Origin: an uncultured virus (IMG/VR IMGVR_UViG_3300037067_015069)
Taxonomy: Duplodnaviria; Heunggongvirae; Uroviricota; Caudoviricetes
Direction: 5' to 3' (one strand)
DNA length: 20,000 nucleotides
Virus record (IMG/VR): IMGVR_UViG_3300037067_015069
Coordinates: 52,981 to 72,980 of that record
The position numbers and the translations under genes are program-made. Below are positions 1 through 8,510 of this stretch, piece by piece (within the stretch, counting starts at the first letter, position 1; the number at the start of each line of letters is the position of its first letter). The notes under the pieces were generated by a model. It searched no databases. It worked only from the letters and a program-made list of their open reading frames with translations, and was not told where the DNA came from.

Positions 1-47
1 TACTGATGGGATCTACCAATTATGGGGAGCTAGGATTTACACAGAAC

Positions 48-290
48 CTAGAGAAAATATTCTTGTAGGGAATTACTAGGCACTTTGTCTTTGATTATTG
101 GGAGGATTTCTTTTTGAAAGTTTATTTTAGAGATTTTTTGATAACGAAGGGGGTTTTTATTCACCAAAGCAGAGATTTCATTTCTGGCATCTCGCAAAGA
201 TTCCGCAAGAGACCTAACTTCGTCATATTTTGAAAAAGTTAAGTTATTAGAGCAGAAACTACTGCTGTAGTAAGAATCCTTCAACATCAT
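48..290 (-). CDS. hypothetical protein (80 aa)
   Basis: ORF co-oriented with, and 15 nt downstream of, the 306-617 gene. No recognisable motif. Confidence 0.5.
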   Translation of the reverse strand: MMLKDSYYSSSFCSNNLTFSKYDEVRSLAESLRDARNEISALVNKNPLRYQKISKINFQKEILPIIKDKVPSNSLQEYFL

Positions 291-305
291 TCCACACTAC
301 CAAAT

Positions 306-617
306 TTAATAGATTTCCCAAATGCCCTCTAGGTCTCCTGGAGTTACCTTGATAGAATCTGTCGGGATTGTCCGATCCTGCATTTCCCCAATCATATAAA
401 AAGCTGTTACTGGCCCTGGCATTCCTGTGTCAGGATTATATGGTAATACTGAATAACTGGGGGGACTCGGGTAAATTACCCAAGGTGGGATACCGGCATC
501 CTTTTTTTCAAAATAAGCAATCACAATATGCTTGACCATCTCCTCTAAAGAGATGCCTAACTCCTCCGCACGATCTTCCAAAAGCTTCATAATTTTCTTT
601 GAAAATTTAATGGTCAT
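306..617 (-). CDS. small ribbon-helix-helix (CopG-like) DNA-binding protein with Pro-rich tail
   Basis: N-terminus MTIKFSKKIMKLLEDRAEELGISLEEMVKHIV fits the RHH beta-alpha-alpha pattern. ATG at 617 has GGAGG 5 nt upstream, so it is preferred over 638. Confidence 0.6.
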   Translation of the reverse strand: MTIKFSKKIMKLLEDRAEELGISLEEMVKHIVIAYFEKKDAGIPPWVIYPSPPSYSVLPYNPDTGMPGPVTAFYMIGEMQDRTIPTDSIKVTPGDLEGIWEIY

Positions 618-644
618 TTTTCCCTCCGAACAGATCATACCCTA

Positions 645-2462
645 TCACCAAGGAAACCAATCCCCTTCTGTGGACTCTTTTAAAGGTTCTGGACAAGAAG
701 ATTTTACTAGTTTTCCTGTTTTTGCTAAAAATAAACCCCCGGGCTGAATCTCCAAAAACCCTAACTCTACTAGCCTACCTTGAAGATATGCCTTGTCTGT
801 ATAGGGCTCATCCTCTAAAACTTCTAAGAATTGTAAATCCGAAGTTGCTAGTACCAACTCTTTCTTTATCCGATCCCGTTCCCGTAAAGCTTCATAAACA
901 GGTAGATAACTCCAGTTTTTCATAAAAGCGTTAGGAAAGGTGTAGTGAAAAGAGCCCTGAAATTCCGTTACTAACCCAATACTTTCAAAGTAACCATCAT
1001 AACGAAAACGATGTCCTGACTTTGGATTAACAAACTTCCAAGAACGCCACTCTTCCTTATAGGGCAAACCTAAAATTTCAGATATCACATTTAAACATTT
1101 TTTCTGTGAGATGTTACTATGTGCCCAAACCAACCCCAACTCCCTACACTTTTTCTTTATAGTGACATTCGTCAACCCTAATCCGTCTACAGCTTTAGCA
1201 ATGCTAACCTTCCCATTCTTTAATTTAAAAGGTTCAAAATCCTTAGCACAGAATTTAAGAGTTCTATCAGAAACTGCTTTCTTTATATACTTATCAGTAG
1301 CTCTCAACCCCAAACTGTCCATATGACGTTTTAAGGTGGGATCTGCACATCCTATCGCATCTCTCATCTTCCAATGATCAACAGTGCCATCTGTTTCCAA
1401 ATATGGTGCGAAATCCTCTAACGTAAGCCCCAATAGCTTTGCTTCTCTAATCTTTTGCCCAAACTCGGCTGATCTAGGAACTCCCCGGATAGCAGTTTTA
1501 TCCCTAATAGCACTATTTAGGGCAACTACTATTGCCTTTGGGTAATCCGTTCGATATGTAGGATGATTGTGCTGTAGATGACTTACTAAACTCTCTGCTC
1601 GATACCCACAAACTAGACAGGTTACATAATCCTCTGGCTCTTTCAAAGACTCCCAGCCTAAAAGAATTTTCTTTTCCTGTAGGACCTTTTCTTTCTCCCT
1701 ACAATCTTTACATCTCAAGTTATGCATAGAAGCCAAAAACTTTGAACCAACCCAGGTTATCCCACAATCAATACAAACAATGTCCTTAGTTTCTCCTTTT
1801 CCGTAATCAACTCGATCCTGGGCTGCCTTGGACATAGATTGAGATGTTTTTTTAGATCTTATAAGAACCTCAGACCCGTATTTCACTCGATACTGATCTG
1901 CAGTTATTTGATGTAAGCTTTTTAAATGTCCGGCTAAACTCTTTGTCCTAGCCCCACATACTAAACAAGTTACATAATCCTCACCTTCTTCTTTAGACCC
2001 CCAAAAAGCAGCTTGCTTGTTTTCCTCATACTGAATATGTTCCAAATCATTTGCTTTTTTCCTGTGTACAAAATGAAAACTAAGCCCCTTCTCCCCTGCT
2101 ACAAGCATCCCACAAACAGGACAAGCTCTGTCACAACGACAATTCTCACAAATAAAGTTTTCTTTATCTATTTGCACTGCTGCAATTAGTTTCATCGTTA
2201 TGGGATTATGGCATACAGAACAAGGGACTTCTTCAGTTTTCCAAACTTTGTCTACGTGCTCCCTACAAAAGTTTGCTGCGGACTCTGCCTGAAGACGTCT
2301 CCCACGTTCAACATAGGCTTCTTCTCCAAAAGCTTTTTTCCAAATCTCCCTTAACGTATTTGGGCTAACCCGCATCCGTGCCGAAACACTCTTACAAGAT
2401 TCCTCTGTGTGGAAGAGAGCTAAGAGTTCCTCGTTACTAGGTTTGTTTTTGATTTTTGGCAT
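645..2462 (-). CDS. free-standing homing-endonuclease-like protein: N-terminal HTH, multiple zinc fingers, NUMOD-like segment and C-terminal DUF559/Vsr-like (PD-(D/E)XK-related) nuclease domain
   Basis: Repeated EDYVTCLVCG...SL..HL...H C2H2/MucR-like modules and several other CxxC pairs. RGVPRSAEFGQKIREAK resembles NUMOD3. The C-terminal RFRYDGYF...LVTEFQGSFHY...RDRIK matches the D...E.xG.xH pattern of very-short-patch/EDxHD-type nucleases. Confidence 0.75.
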   Translation of the reverse strand: MPKIKNKPSNEELLALFHTEESCKSVSARMRVSPNTLREIWKKAFGEEAYVERGRRLQAESAANFCREHVDKVWKTEEVPCSVCHNPITMKLIAAVQIDKENFICENCRCDRACPVCGMLVAGEKGLSFHFVHRKKANDLEHIQYEENKQAAFWGSKEEGEDYVTCLVCGARTKSLAGHLKSLHQITADQYRVKYGSEVLIRSKKTSQSMSKAAQDRVDYGKGETKDIVCIDCGITWVGSKFLASMHNLRCKDCREKEKVLQEKKILLGWESLKEPEDYVTCLVCGYRAESLVSHLQHNHPTYRTDYPKAIVVALNSAIRDKTAIRGVPRSAEFGQKIREAKLLGLTLEDFAPYLETDGTVDHWKMRDAIGCADPTLKRHMDSLGLRATDKYIKKAVSDRTLKFCAKDFEPFKLKNGKVSIAKAVDGLGLTNVTIKKKCRELGLVWAHSNISQKKCLNVISEILGLPYKEEWRSWKFVNPKSGHRFRYDGYFESIGLVTEFQGSFHYTFPNAFMKNWSYLPVYEALRERDRIKKELVLATSDLQFLEVLEDEPYTDKAYLQGRLVELGFLEIQPGGLFLAKTGKLVKSSCPEPLKESTEGDWFPW

Positions 2463-2469
2463 AAGATAC

Positions 2470-2507
2470 TCCCGAAGTCGGAACCCATTATAGTTCCGAC
2501 TTCGGGA
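2470..2507. repeat. perfect 15-bp inverted repeat (TCCCGAAGTCGGAAC-N8-GTTCCGACTTCGGGA)
   Basis: Arms at 2470-2484 and 2493-2507 are exact reverse complements, with loop CCATTATA. The gene-proximal arm overlaps the GGGAG Shine-Dalgarno of the endonuclease gene. Confidence 0.95.
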
Positions 2508-2515
2508 ATTGTCAA
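2487..2515 (-). promoter_or_regulatory. consensus sigma70-type promoter for the endonuclease gene
   Basis: Minus strand reads TTGACA (2515-2510), a 17-nt spacer, then TATAAT (2492-2487), 24 nt upstream of the ATG at 2462. Confidence 0.9.
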
Positions 2516-2534
2516 GGTATTTTATGCGGAGGAG

Positions 2535-2566
2535 AGTAAAATCGAGCGCAAATGCCCTATTTTACT
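2535..2566 (-). terminator. possible stem-loop/terminator after the tail sheath gene
   Basis: Minus strand AGTAAAAT-A-GGGC-ATTTGC-GCTC-G-ATTTTACT forms an imperfect hairpin 3 nt after the sheath stop codon. The U-tract is weak. Confidence 0.4.
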
Positions 2567-2569
2567 GGC

Positions 2570-5500
2570 TTACAGGGAGGACCGAAGGTGGAATTGGGCT
2601 AATATGTATAACAAAGAGAAGATAGGTGCGTAATAAGCCGATATTTCACATGTGCTTGGGTCGTTCACTGATACATTAGCCTTAACACCAGTATAGGCAG
2701 AGATGATTTGTGCAGCAACCAAGGACTTGAGCATCATGGCCAGCCGACCTTCAATCTGTGATAGGATCCCCGGTAGGAACTTGATTCCTACGAATTGTTC
2801 CAGAACAGAACGAGTTTGTTTCTGGACCTCATCTGAAATCAGAGTAATCGTGGGGAGTTTGACCAAAATGTTGGTCATGTCGGTCGTCAGCCCGTGCCGC
2901 ACTTTGATGTAAGGAGGCTGATCCTCTAGTACGGTCACACCCTTGACTGCGATCTGATTCTGCTCCACGGCATCCAATTGACGAGCTAGCTGATTGAAAC
3001 CAACCAATCTACGTCCAGTCCAGGGGGTTGCCACGTCAGTGTTAGGGCTGACGATTTGACCAGTCAAAGCCGCAGCTAGGAAAGGTCCATCTACCAGGTA
3101 CTCTTTAGAAGTACCCGTAACATCCTGGATGGTAATGGTTGCCATATCGGGGTAAACCACTCGCATACGGGAATCGCTTAACTGACCTGCTGTATAGATC
3201 ACATTCGAAGGGGTAGACCCAGCAACCATACCTAGAATGCTAGTCCTCTCAGAACGATAACGCATAGAAGACATCAAAGCATTGGATCTCTTCAGATAGA
3301 GATACAGGTCTGTGCTATCCCCACGCATTAGGGTAATCATATCAGGCTGAACCTGACCAGGAAGAACCCCTTCCAATTCATCGATAGCGTTTCGGTAAGC
3401 ATCCACAGAAGCTTGGGTACTATCGGTATCCCTCTGAACCTGTTTGACGCCTACAATCACAGCACCGTTAATCATTGCCAAGTAGGCAGCCAAGCTTACA
3501 GGGTTATCCGGAGATAGCGTACCGTAAGCTGCCTGAACTGCAGAGACCTTCGTAAAGAACCGAGTAGTGAAATCCTGCTTTTCATAGATGTAGGTGACAT
3601 AATAGAAATCACCTACTGCAGGTTCATTTCCTCCACGTTCATGGGTGGTAGCCTCTGCAGTATCCCCAACAGCTAAACCGTTAGTATCCGAAACTAACAG
3701 CTCGACCCCAGGAATTGAAGTCTGAGGCAAATTGGAATCAGTAGTAAAAGTAGTCCCAACACTGATCCTAAAGGTTGCATTTGCTCCAGTCGGGTAAGCA
3801 ACCCAAGGACCAGAACTATCGGTAGCCCAATTGCGGGGCAGAATGGTGAAAGTCAGACCGGTTACTAGATCCCGATAGGTCTGACCAACCACACCGTCCT
3901 GACCAAGACCCGTACCTGCAGGATTCAGGATTGACAGATTAGCTGATCCGGAACCCACAGGGTTACTAGAAACGACAAAGAAACCACTTAGTGCGGCATC
4001 CCCTGTTGCCCCATCCCCATCTACAGCACCTAAACCAGTGGTATAACGCAAAGCATTATCGACTAGCCCGTTGGTGTCCTTGAGAACCACATTAGAACCG
4101 GCACCTAAATTGGTATCCAACTCCGTAGATGGCATATCCTCAAGGAACAGATAGAGTTTACCAGTGCTATCCATTTCCGTGGAAGCGATACCCCACTTGG
4201 TGAAAGAATCCCCAGCACTTTCAGTAGCAAACACATTAAGCCAAGTAGCAAAGGTGGCCTGGCGATGGGACATCAGTGCTGACGCTAGATTTGCTGCAGG
4301 AACCAAAACGCGAAGTGCGGTGGTACCTTCAGAGAATCCAGTAAACAAAGTATTGGCAAGCCCATCATTAATAGTGATTCGAGAAGTAGTGTCAGACTTT
4401 GCACTCACTAACCGGATTCCAACACCTTCTTGACGAACCATATTTGCAGAATAGATAGTTCCAGCAACTCCCCAAGGGGCCCCAGGAACTGCTGCCATTG
4501 CATCAATAATCTGATCCAGCACTGACCCGTTGCTGCCTCCAGAAGCGGGGCCAAGATTAGTAGCCGTACCACTTGCCGAACTAGTAAAGCTTACTGTTAC
4601 CGGATAACCGTCTACTTCAAAGATGAGAGTATCATTAGCGGCACGAACACCTGTGCCATCATAGAAAATTACCTGAACTTGATGGGTCGCCCCACCACCG
4701 GTTTCCTGGCCGCTAGCCTGGGAGATATCACAGGCTAGGGTTGCAGGGTGTACTACTGCCGCGGATCCCGCCACTGCAGACATACCAGTAGTCAAACCAG
4801 CCATTTCGCAGTCAGACTTGACTTCAATAGAGCCCAGACTGGACACGAAATCTGCCGCCATGGAACCGCCGCCACCGGGGAGAATCCGGTTACGTAGGAT
4901 TAGACGGTCGTACAGCTTCGCCACGCTACCTGGAGCGTTAGGGCACTGACGGGTGCGAGCAACAGGTGCCTGCAGCAGTGCCGCCTGTCCTGTGCCTCCT
5001 ACAGCCCCTACATCGAGCCCTGCCAGGATGCAGAAATCCTTGGCAGGGGTTGCATTAGCAACAAACTGTAGATAGCCTGCTGCGTCCACACCAGGCAGCT
5101 GGAGCCGGAACTCTAGTTGCCCGGAAGCATTCGCCACACATTCTACAATCAACCCTGCGAAAGCTGGGAAAGCCCCAACTTTAGCGGCAACGGCTACTGC
5201 GATCTGAGCACTAACTTCAGTAGCTAACGCTGCTGCGGTTGCAAAAGGACCATCTCCCAGATCCGCAACTAGGGCTGTGGTTCCAGTTGAAGTTGAACCA
5301 ACATAAATGAAAGATAGTTTGTCAAATTTATCCGCAGCCAACGTGATTGGGCTATCAAATTTAGTAGATCCGACCAAAGCAGACCGAGCATCTGGGTTAT
5401 AGATATAGTATGGGTTTGTAGCCACAGGAGGTACCGCAGGTCCACCCGGCCAATCCGAATCAATTGTGGCAACCTTAGTTGACCCAACATATGCTGTAAT

Positions 5501-7933
5501 GGTACGGGTTGTGCCTGCTACCGCAGCGCCACCATTACCAATAACTACTTTCCAACCGACATACACATTGTCTATATCAGAAGCAGTAGAAGCTAACACA
5601 AGGGTGTTAGCGATAGACCCTGCCTGAGCCAAACCTTTAGTTCCGCTTGCCGCCTCATTGATAGCATCTGCGAAGAAACTAATATCTACTGGAGTTGCTA
5701 TTGAAGTGGGGGTCTTTACATCTACGTCAACCCCATCAATAGCAATAGTGAACTCTTCAGAAGCCGTAACTTCGTAACTCTGTCCTTCTACGCAACCTGT
5801 GCCGCCTGTGTAAACGATCTCATCGCTTACGATAGAAGCAAAGTAGCCCCCTACATGTGCCGCCACATTTGAAGGGGTAGCTAAATCGATACCTGCAGAA
5901 GTTCCTACTTCAGTGCTGTGGATTTGCATACGGAGACGATCTGAAGCCGCACGGATAAACTCATATCCCCCAGCCCCAGGAACCGTATACTTAGCAGGGG
6001 TTGCTACCTTAGCAGCAAACTGCACCGTAGCAGTCTCATCTACAGGACCCGTGTAATAAGAGGTGTCTGTAGGAGCCTCATACCTGAAATCAGGCATTAG
6101 CTCAGATCCCGAAGGGAACTCTATAGTTACGCCATTAAGTGAGGAACCTTTGGTTCCGGTCGTAAACTTTACAGACTTAACCAAATCCCCAGCGGAATCC
6201 TGCATGGTATAGGTACCAATACCGGAAATACCAGGATTTTGTACCGTAAGAGTATAAGTCTCATCAGTCAGATTGTTGTAGTAGTAGGTAGCATAAACAG
6301 TGGCTCCAACTGGAACCGGGCTCTTTAGAGTGAAATTCAAACCGTCAACAGAAAGTACATCCTGCCGACCATTTTCCAAGGCATTCTGAATATCAAAACC
6401 CCAGTAAACCCAAATCACGTCGGGGCGATTGACAGGTAGATCAATCCTGCCATTACTGATAGTCTGGAAACGATCTTGTCCCAATGGGGTATTACGACCA
6501 TTACCCAGAGTAGGCTGATTAGGTAGAGTGAAATTGTAACGATCTTCTACTGCAGTCCCTCCGGAAGAAGTTACCACAGGACTGCACTCACCTAGGAAAA
6601 ACTGATTGTCTACCAGACTTCCAGAAACTTGAGTTTCGTTAAAAGAGGAGTATCCGGAGGTTGTAGTCCCTGCAGCAACAGTTAGGGCAGTTCCCCAAAG
6701 AACCTTATCGTCCTGCAGTACGAAATCGGTACCTTGTACGTAAGCAGACCCCCCAGGAACCTCACCGCACCTGGTGATACTAGTGACCCCTACGTTTGCG
6801 AGGTAGTCATAGGTATCCTGCCAAGTGTTGAAATAATACTGAATGGCAACTGTAGCACTTTGAGGAGGTGCTACAGGCAGAGTTACGGCCCTGGTTGAAC
6901 CATTAACGGAGCTGGGGATAACCTGGACATTATTTACTCGAACAACAACGTTAGCCGGATCTGTAGTGGTAACCCCACCATTTGATCCATCTACGATAGG
7001 TCCGTTAAAAACGTAAAAAGTGCTGGTACGGTTATCAGCCTGTCCTGAAATCAACCCCAAAGAAGCGTTGACAGAACCACTCCGGATAGCCAAACTGCTT
7101 GTCGCGTACAAAGAAAGTGCAGAATGCCCAAACTGATTGATGAAAGTAGATGCAGTTAGGGTGCCCCCACGAAGAGCTGTAATTGCGGAAGCAATCTGAG
7201 CCATAGTGTAATTAGTTCTGGGGGGAATAGTTAGAGTCAGATCTACCCCATCCACAGTAACTAATAAGATATTATTAGCAGAAACTAGCACTGACCCATC
7301 AGGAGCCAGAATGTCACCATGTAGGTCCAATACGGTTACGGGACTGGTAGGGTTGGTAGCGTTAGCATCCCCAATACCTACTGTAGCGCGTACTGTTGCC
7401 AAACGTGCAGGCACCTGATCAGACACATCATCGGTAACCCGAGTATCAGTCCGCTTAAAATAGTAGGTGCAACGAACTAGATCTGTAGCTAGAGGGGCCT
7501 GGGTTAACTGAACAATACCTCGGGCACCGTCTAGGGAACGCACCATGATGGGCTGACCATTCACGGTCACACTCACATCAGTCCTATTGGAAGATGCAGT
7601 TCCTCTACCAGAACCATCTACGATAGGATAATGCTGGACTCGGAATTTATCCAAGACACCATTGAAAGCGCCCAAAGTAACTATCCCAGATTGTGAAATA
7701 GCCACTACCGCGTGCCCTGTGGCATCCTCGTCTACTCGACGTTGATCCACGGAGGAAGAAGATCCTCGAACCACTTCCAGGTCCTGTTGGATAAGGGTCT
7801 CGGTACCCTCACCAACAATTACTGGAAGTAGGTTAGTGCTGTTAGCACTAGCGAGAGGATTTTCATAGGAAGTTTGGGTGTATACGCCTGGGGGAGCATA
7901 GTTCTGACCGGGGAAATCTTGGGGGAATGCCAT
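2570..7933 (-). CDS. giant contractile tail sheath protein (about 1,787 aa) with large inserted domains
   Basis: N-terminal YAPPGVYTQT sheath signature. The C-terminal about 350 aa (RMRVVYPD, FLAAALTG, VATPWTGRRLVGF, KGVTVLE, VRHGLTTD, DEVQKQTR..LEQFVG.KF, YAPIFSLLYI) are typical of sheath C-terminal domains. ATG at 7933 follows a GAGGTG SD. Confidence 0.85.
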   Translation of the reverse strand: MAFPQDFPGQNYAPPGVYTQTSYENPLASANSTNLLPVIVGEGTETLIQQDLEVVRGSSSSVDQRRVDEDATGHAVVAISQSGIVTLGAFNGVLDKFRVQHYPIVDGSGRGTASSNRTDVSVTVNGQPIMVRSLDGARGIVQLTQAPLATDLVRCTYYFKRTDTRVTDDVSDQVPARLATVRATVGIGDANATNPTSPVTVLDLHGDILAPDGSVLVSANNILLVTVDGVDLTLTIPPRTNYTMAQIASAITALRGGTLTASTFINQFGHSALSLYATSSLAIRSGSVNASLGLISGQADNRTSTFYVFNGPIVDGSNGGVTTTDPANVVVRVNNVQVIPSSVNGSTRAVTLPVAPPQSATVAIQYYFNTWQDTYDYLANVGVTSITRCGEVPGGSAYVQGTDFVLQDDKVLWGTALTVAAGTTTSGYSSFNETQVSGSLVDNQFFLGECSPVVTSSGGTAVEDRYNFTLPNQPTLGNGRNTPLGQDRFQTISNGRIDLPVNRPDVIWVYWGFDIQNALENGRQDVLSVDGLNFTLKSPVPVGATVYATYYYNNLTDETYTLTVQNPGISGIGTYTMQDSAGDLVKSVKFTTGTKGSSLNGVTIEFPSGSELMPDFRYEAPTDTSYYTGPVDETATVQFAAKVATPAKYTVPGAGGYEFIRAASDRLRMQIHSTEVGTSAGIDLATPSNVAAHVGGYFASIVSDEIVYTGGTGCVEGQSYEVTASEEFTIAIDGVDVDVKTPTSIATPVDISFFADAINEAASGTKGLAQAGSIANTLVLASTASDIDNVYVGWKVVIGNGGAAVAGTTRTITAYVGSTKVATIDSDWPGGPAVPPVATNPYYIYNPDARSALVGSTKFDSPITLAADKFDKLSFIYVGSTSTGTTALVADLGDGPFATAAALATEVSAQIAVAVAAKVGAFPAFAGLIVECVANASGQLEFRLQLPGVDAAGYLQFVANATPAKDFCILAGLDVGAVGGTGQAALLQAPVARTRQCPNAPGSVAKLYDRLILRNRILPGGGGSMAADFVSSLGSIEVKSDCEMAGLTTGMSAVAGSAAVVHPATLACDISQASGQETGGGATHQVQVIFYDGTGVRAANDTLIFEVDGYPVTVSFTSSASGTATNLGPASGGSNGSVLDQIIDAMAAVPGAPWGVAGTIYSANMVRQEGVGIRLVSAKSDTTSRITINDGLANTLFTGFSEGTTALRVLVPAANLASALMSHRQATFATWLNVFATESAGDSFTKWGIASTEMDSTGKLYLFLEDMPSTELDTNLGAGSNVVLKDTNGLVDNALRYTTGLGAVDGDGATGDAALSGFFVVSSNPVGSGSANLSILNPAGTGLGQDGVVGQTYRDLVTGLTFTILPRNWATDSSGPWVAYPTGANATFRISVGTTFTTDSNLPQTSIPGVELLVSDTNGLAVGDTAEATTHERGGNEPAVGDFYYVTYIYEKQDFTTRFFTKVSAVQAAYGTLSPDNPVSLAAYLAMINGAVIVGVKQVQRDTDSTQASVDAYRNAIDELEGVLPGQVQPDMITLMRGDSTDLYLYLKRSNALMSSMRYRSERTSILGMVAGSTPSNVIYTAGQLSDSRMRVVYPDMATITIQDVTGTSKEYLVDGPFLAAALTGQIVSPNTDVATPWTGRRLVGFNQLARQLDAVEQNQIAVKGVTVLEDQPPYIKVRHGLTTDMTNILVKLPTITLISDEVQKQTRSVLEQFVGIKFLPGILSQIEGRLAMMLKSLVAAQIISAYTGVKANVSVNDPSTCEISAYYAPIFSLLYILAQFHLRSSL

Positions 7934-8002
7934 TTTCTTCACCTCATCTTGTGGAAAGCCCAAGCAAGCTGTAAAACCACGGCACTACCTGCCGGGAAAA
8001 GT

Positions 8003-8019
8003 AGGGTGTGTAACACCCT
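8003..8019. other. short hairpin AGGGTGT-GTA-ACACCCT in the sheath leader
   Basis: 7-bp perfect stem in the intergenic region upstream of the sheath gene. Confidence 0.45.
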
Positions 8020-8060
8020 CTTCTATGAGGTGCAGACTATAAGATGGATATTGAGGAAAA

Positions 8061-8501
8061 TTATTCTTCTTTAGTGGCTGGGGGGTGTAACCTACGCATA
8101 GCCAAACTGTGAATCAAATTTGCACGGGCATGTATATCCCTAGCTTGTGGTTCTAGTACCCTGTAGGAACCGTCTGGGTTTTTTGATAAATGATGCCTTT
8201 TCGCCCCAGTGTCTCTGAGAACTTGTTCTTTATCTTTATTTCGCTCATCTATGGCTTCCCAACCTTGATTTGCACTTTGACCAATTGCACGATCTATACT
8301 CACGTCAAGTTGGGAAATACCAGTATTTTGTGGGACAGGCCCTGTAACTTCTTGATGAAACACTCCATCAATATCAGTAGGGGTGCACCTAGAAGCATTA
8401 TCTTTACAACTAGGGCAAGCTTTTGGTTTTTGGTAATCTTTGATTGAGGCAGAAGCTTCAAACCTTAACCCACAGGTACAAAGATAAGTATATACTGGCA
8501 T
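8061..8501 (-). CDS. FmdB-family zinc-ribbon protein
   Basis: MPVYTYLCTCGLRFE...KACPSC matches the FmdB MPxYxYxC..CG..FE...CPxC signature. Confidence 0.8.
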   Translation of the reverse strand: MPVYTYLCTCGLRFEASASIKDYQKPKACPSCKDNASRCTPTDIDGVFHQEVTGPVPQNTGISQLDVSIDRAIGQSANQGWEAIDERNKDKEQVLRDTGAKRHHLSKNPDGSYRVLEPQARDIHARANLIHSLAMRRLHPPATKEE

Positions 8502-8510
8502 TTGAAATCC

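Noticed and set aside
3700..7800. Intein or intron explaining the sheath length
   Set aside because: No intein C1/His-Asn splice motifs or LAGLIDADG blocks were seen. The frame is uninterrupted and the insert looks like structural beta-rich repeats.
7934..7963. TTG start giving MGFPQDEVKK before MAFPQD, an apparent FPQD duplication
   Set aside because: The GAGGTG SD lies within this stretch and points to the ATG at 7933. The short similarity may be chance or a relic.
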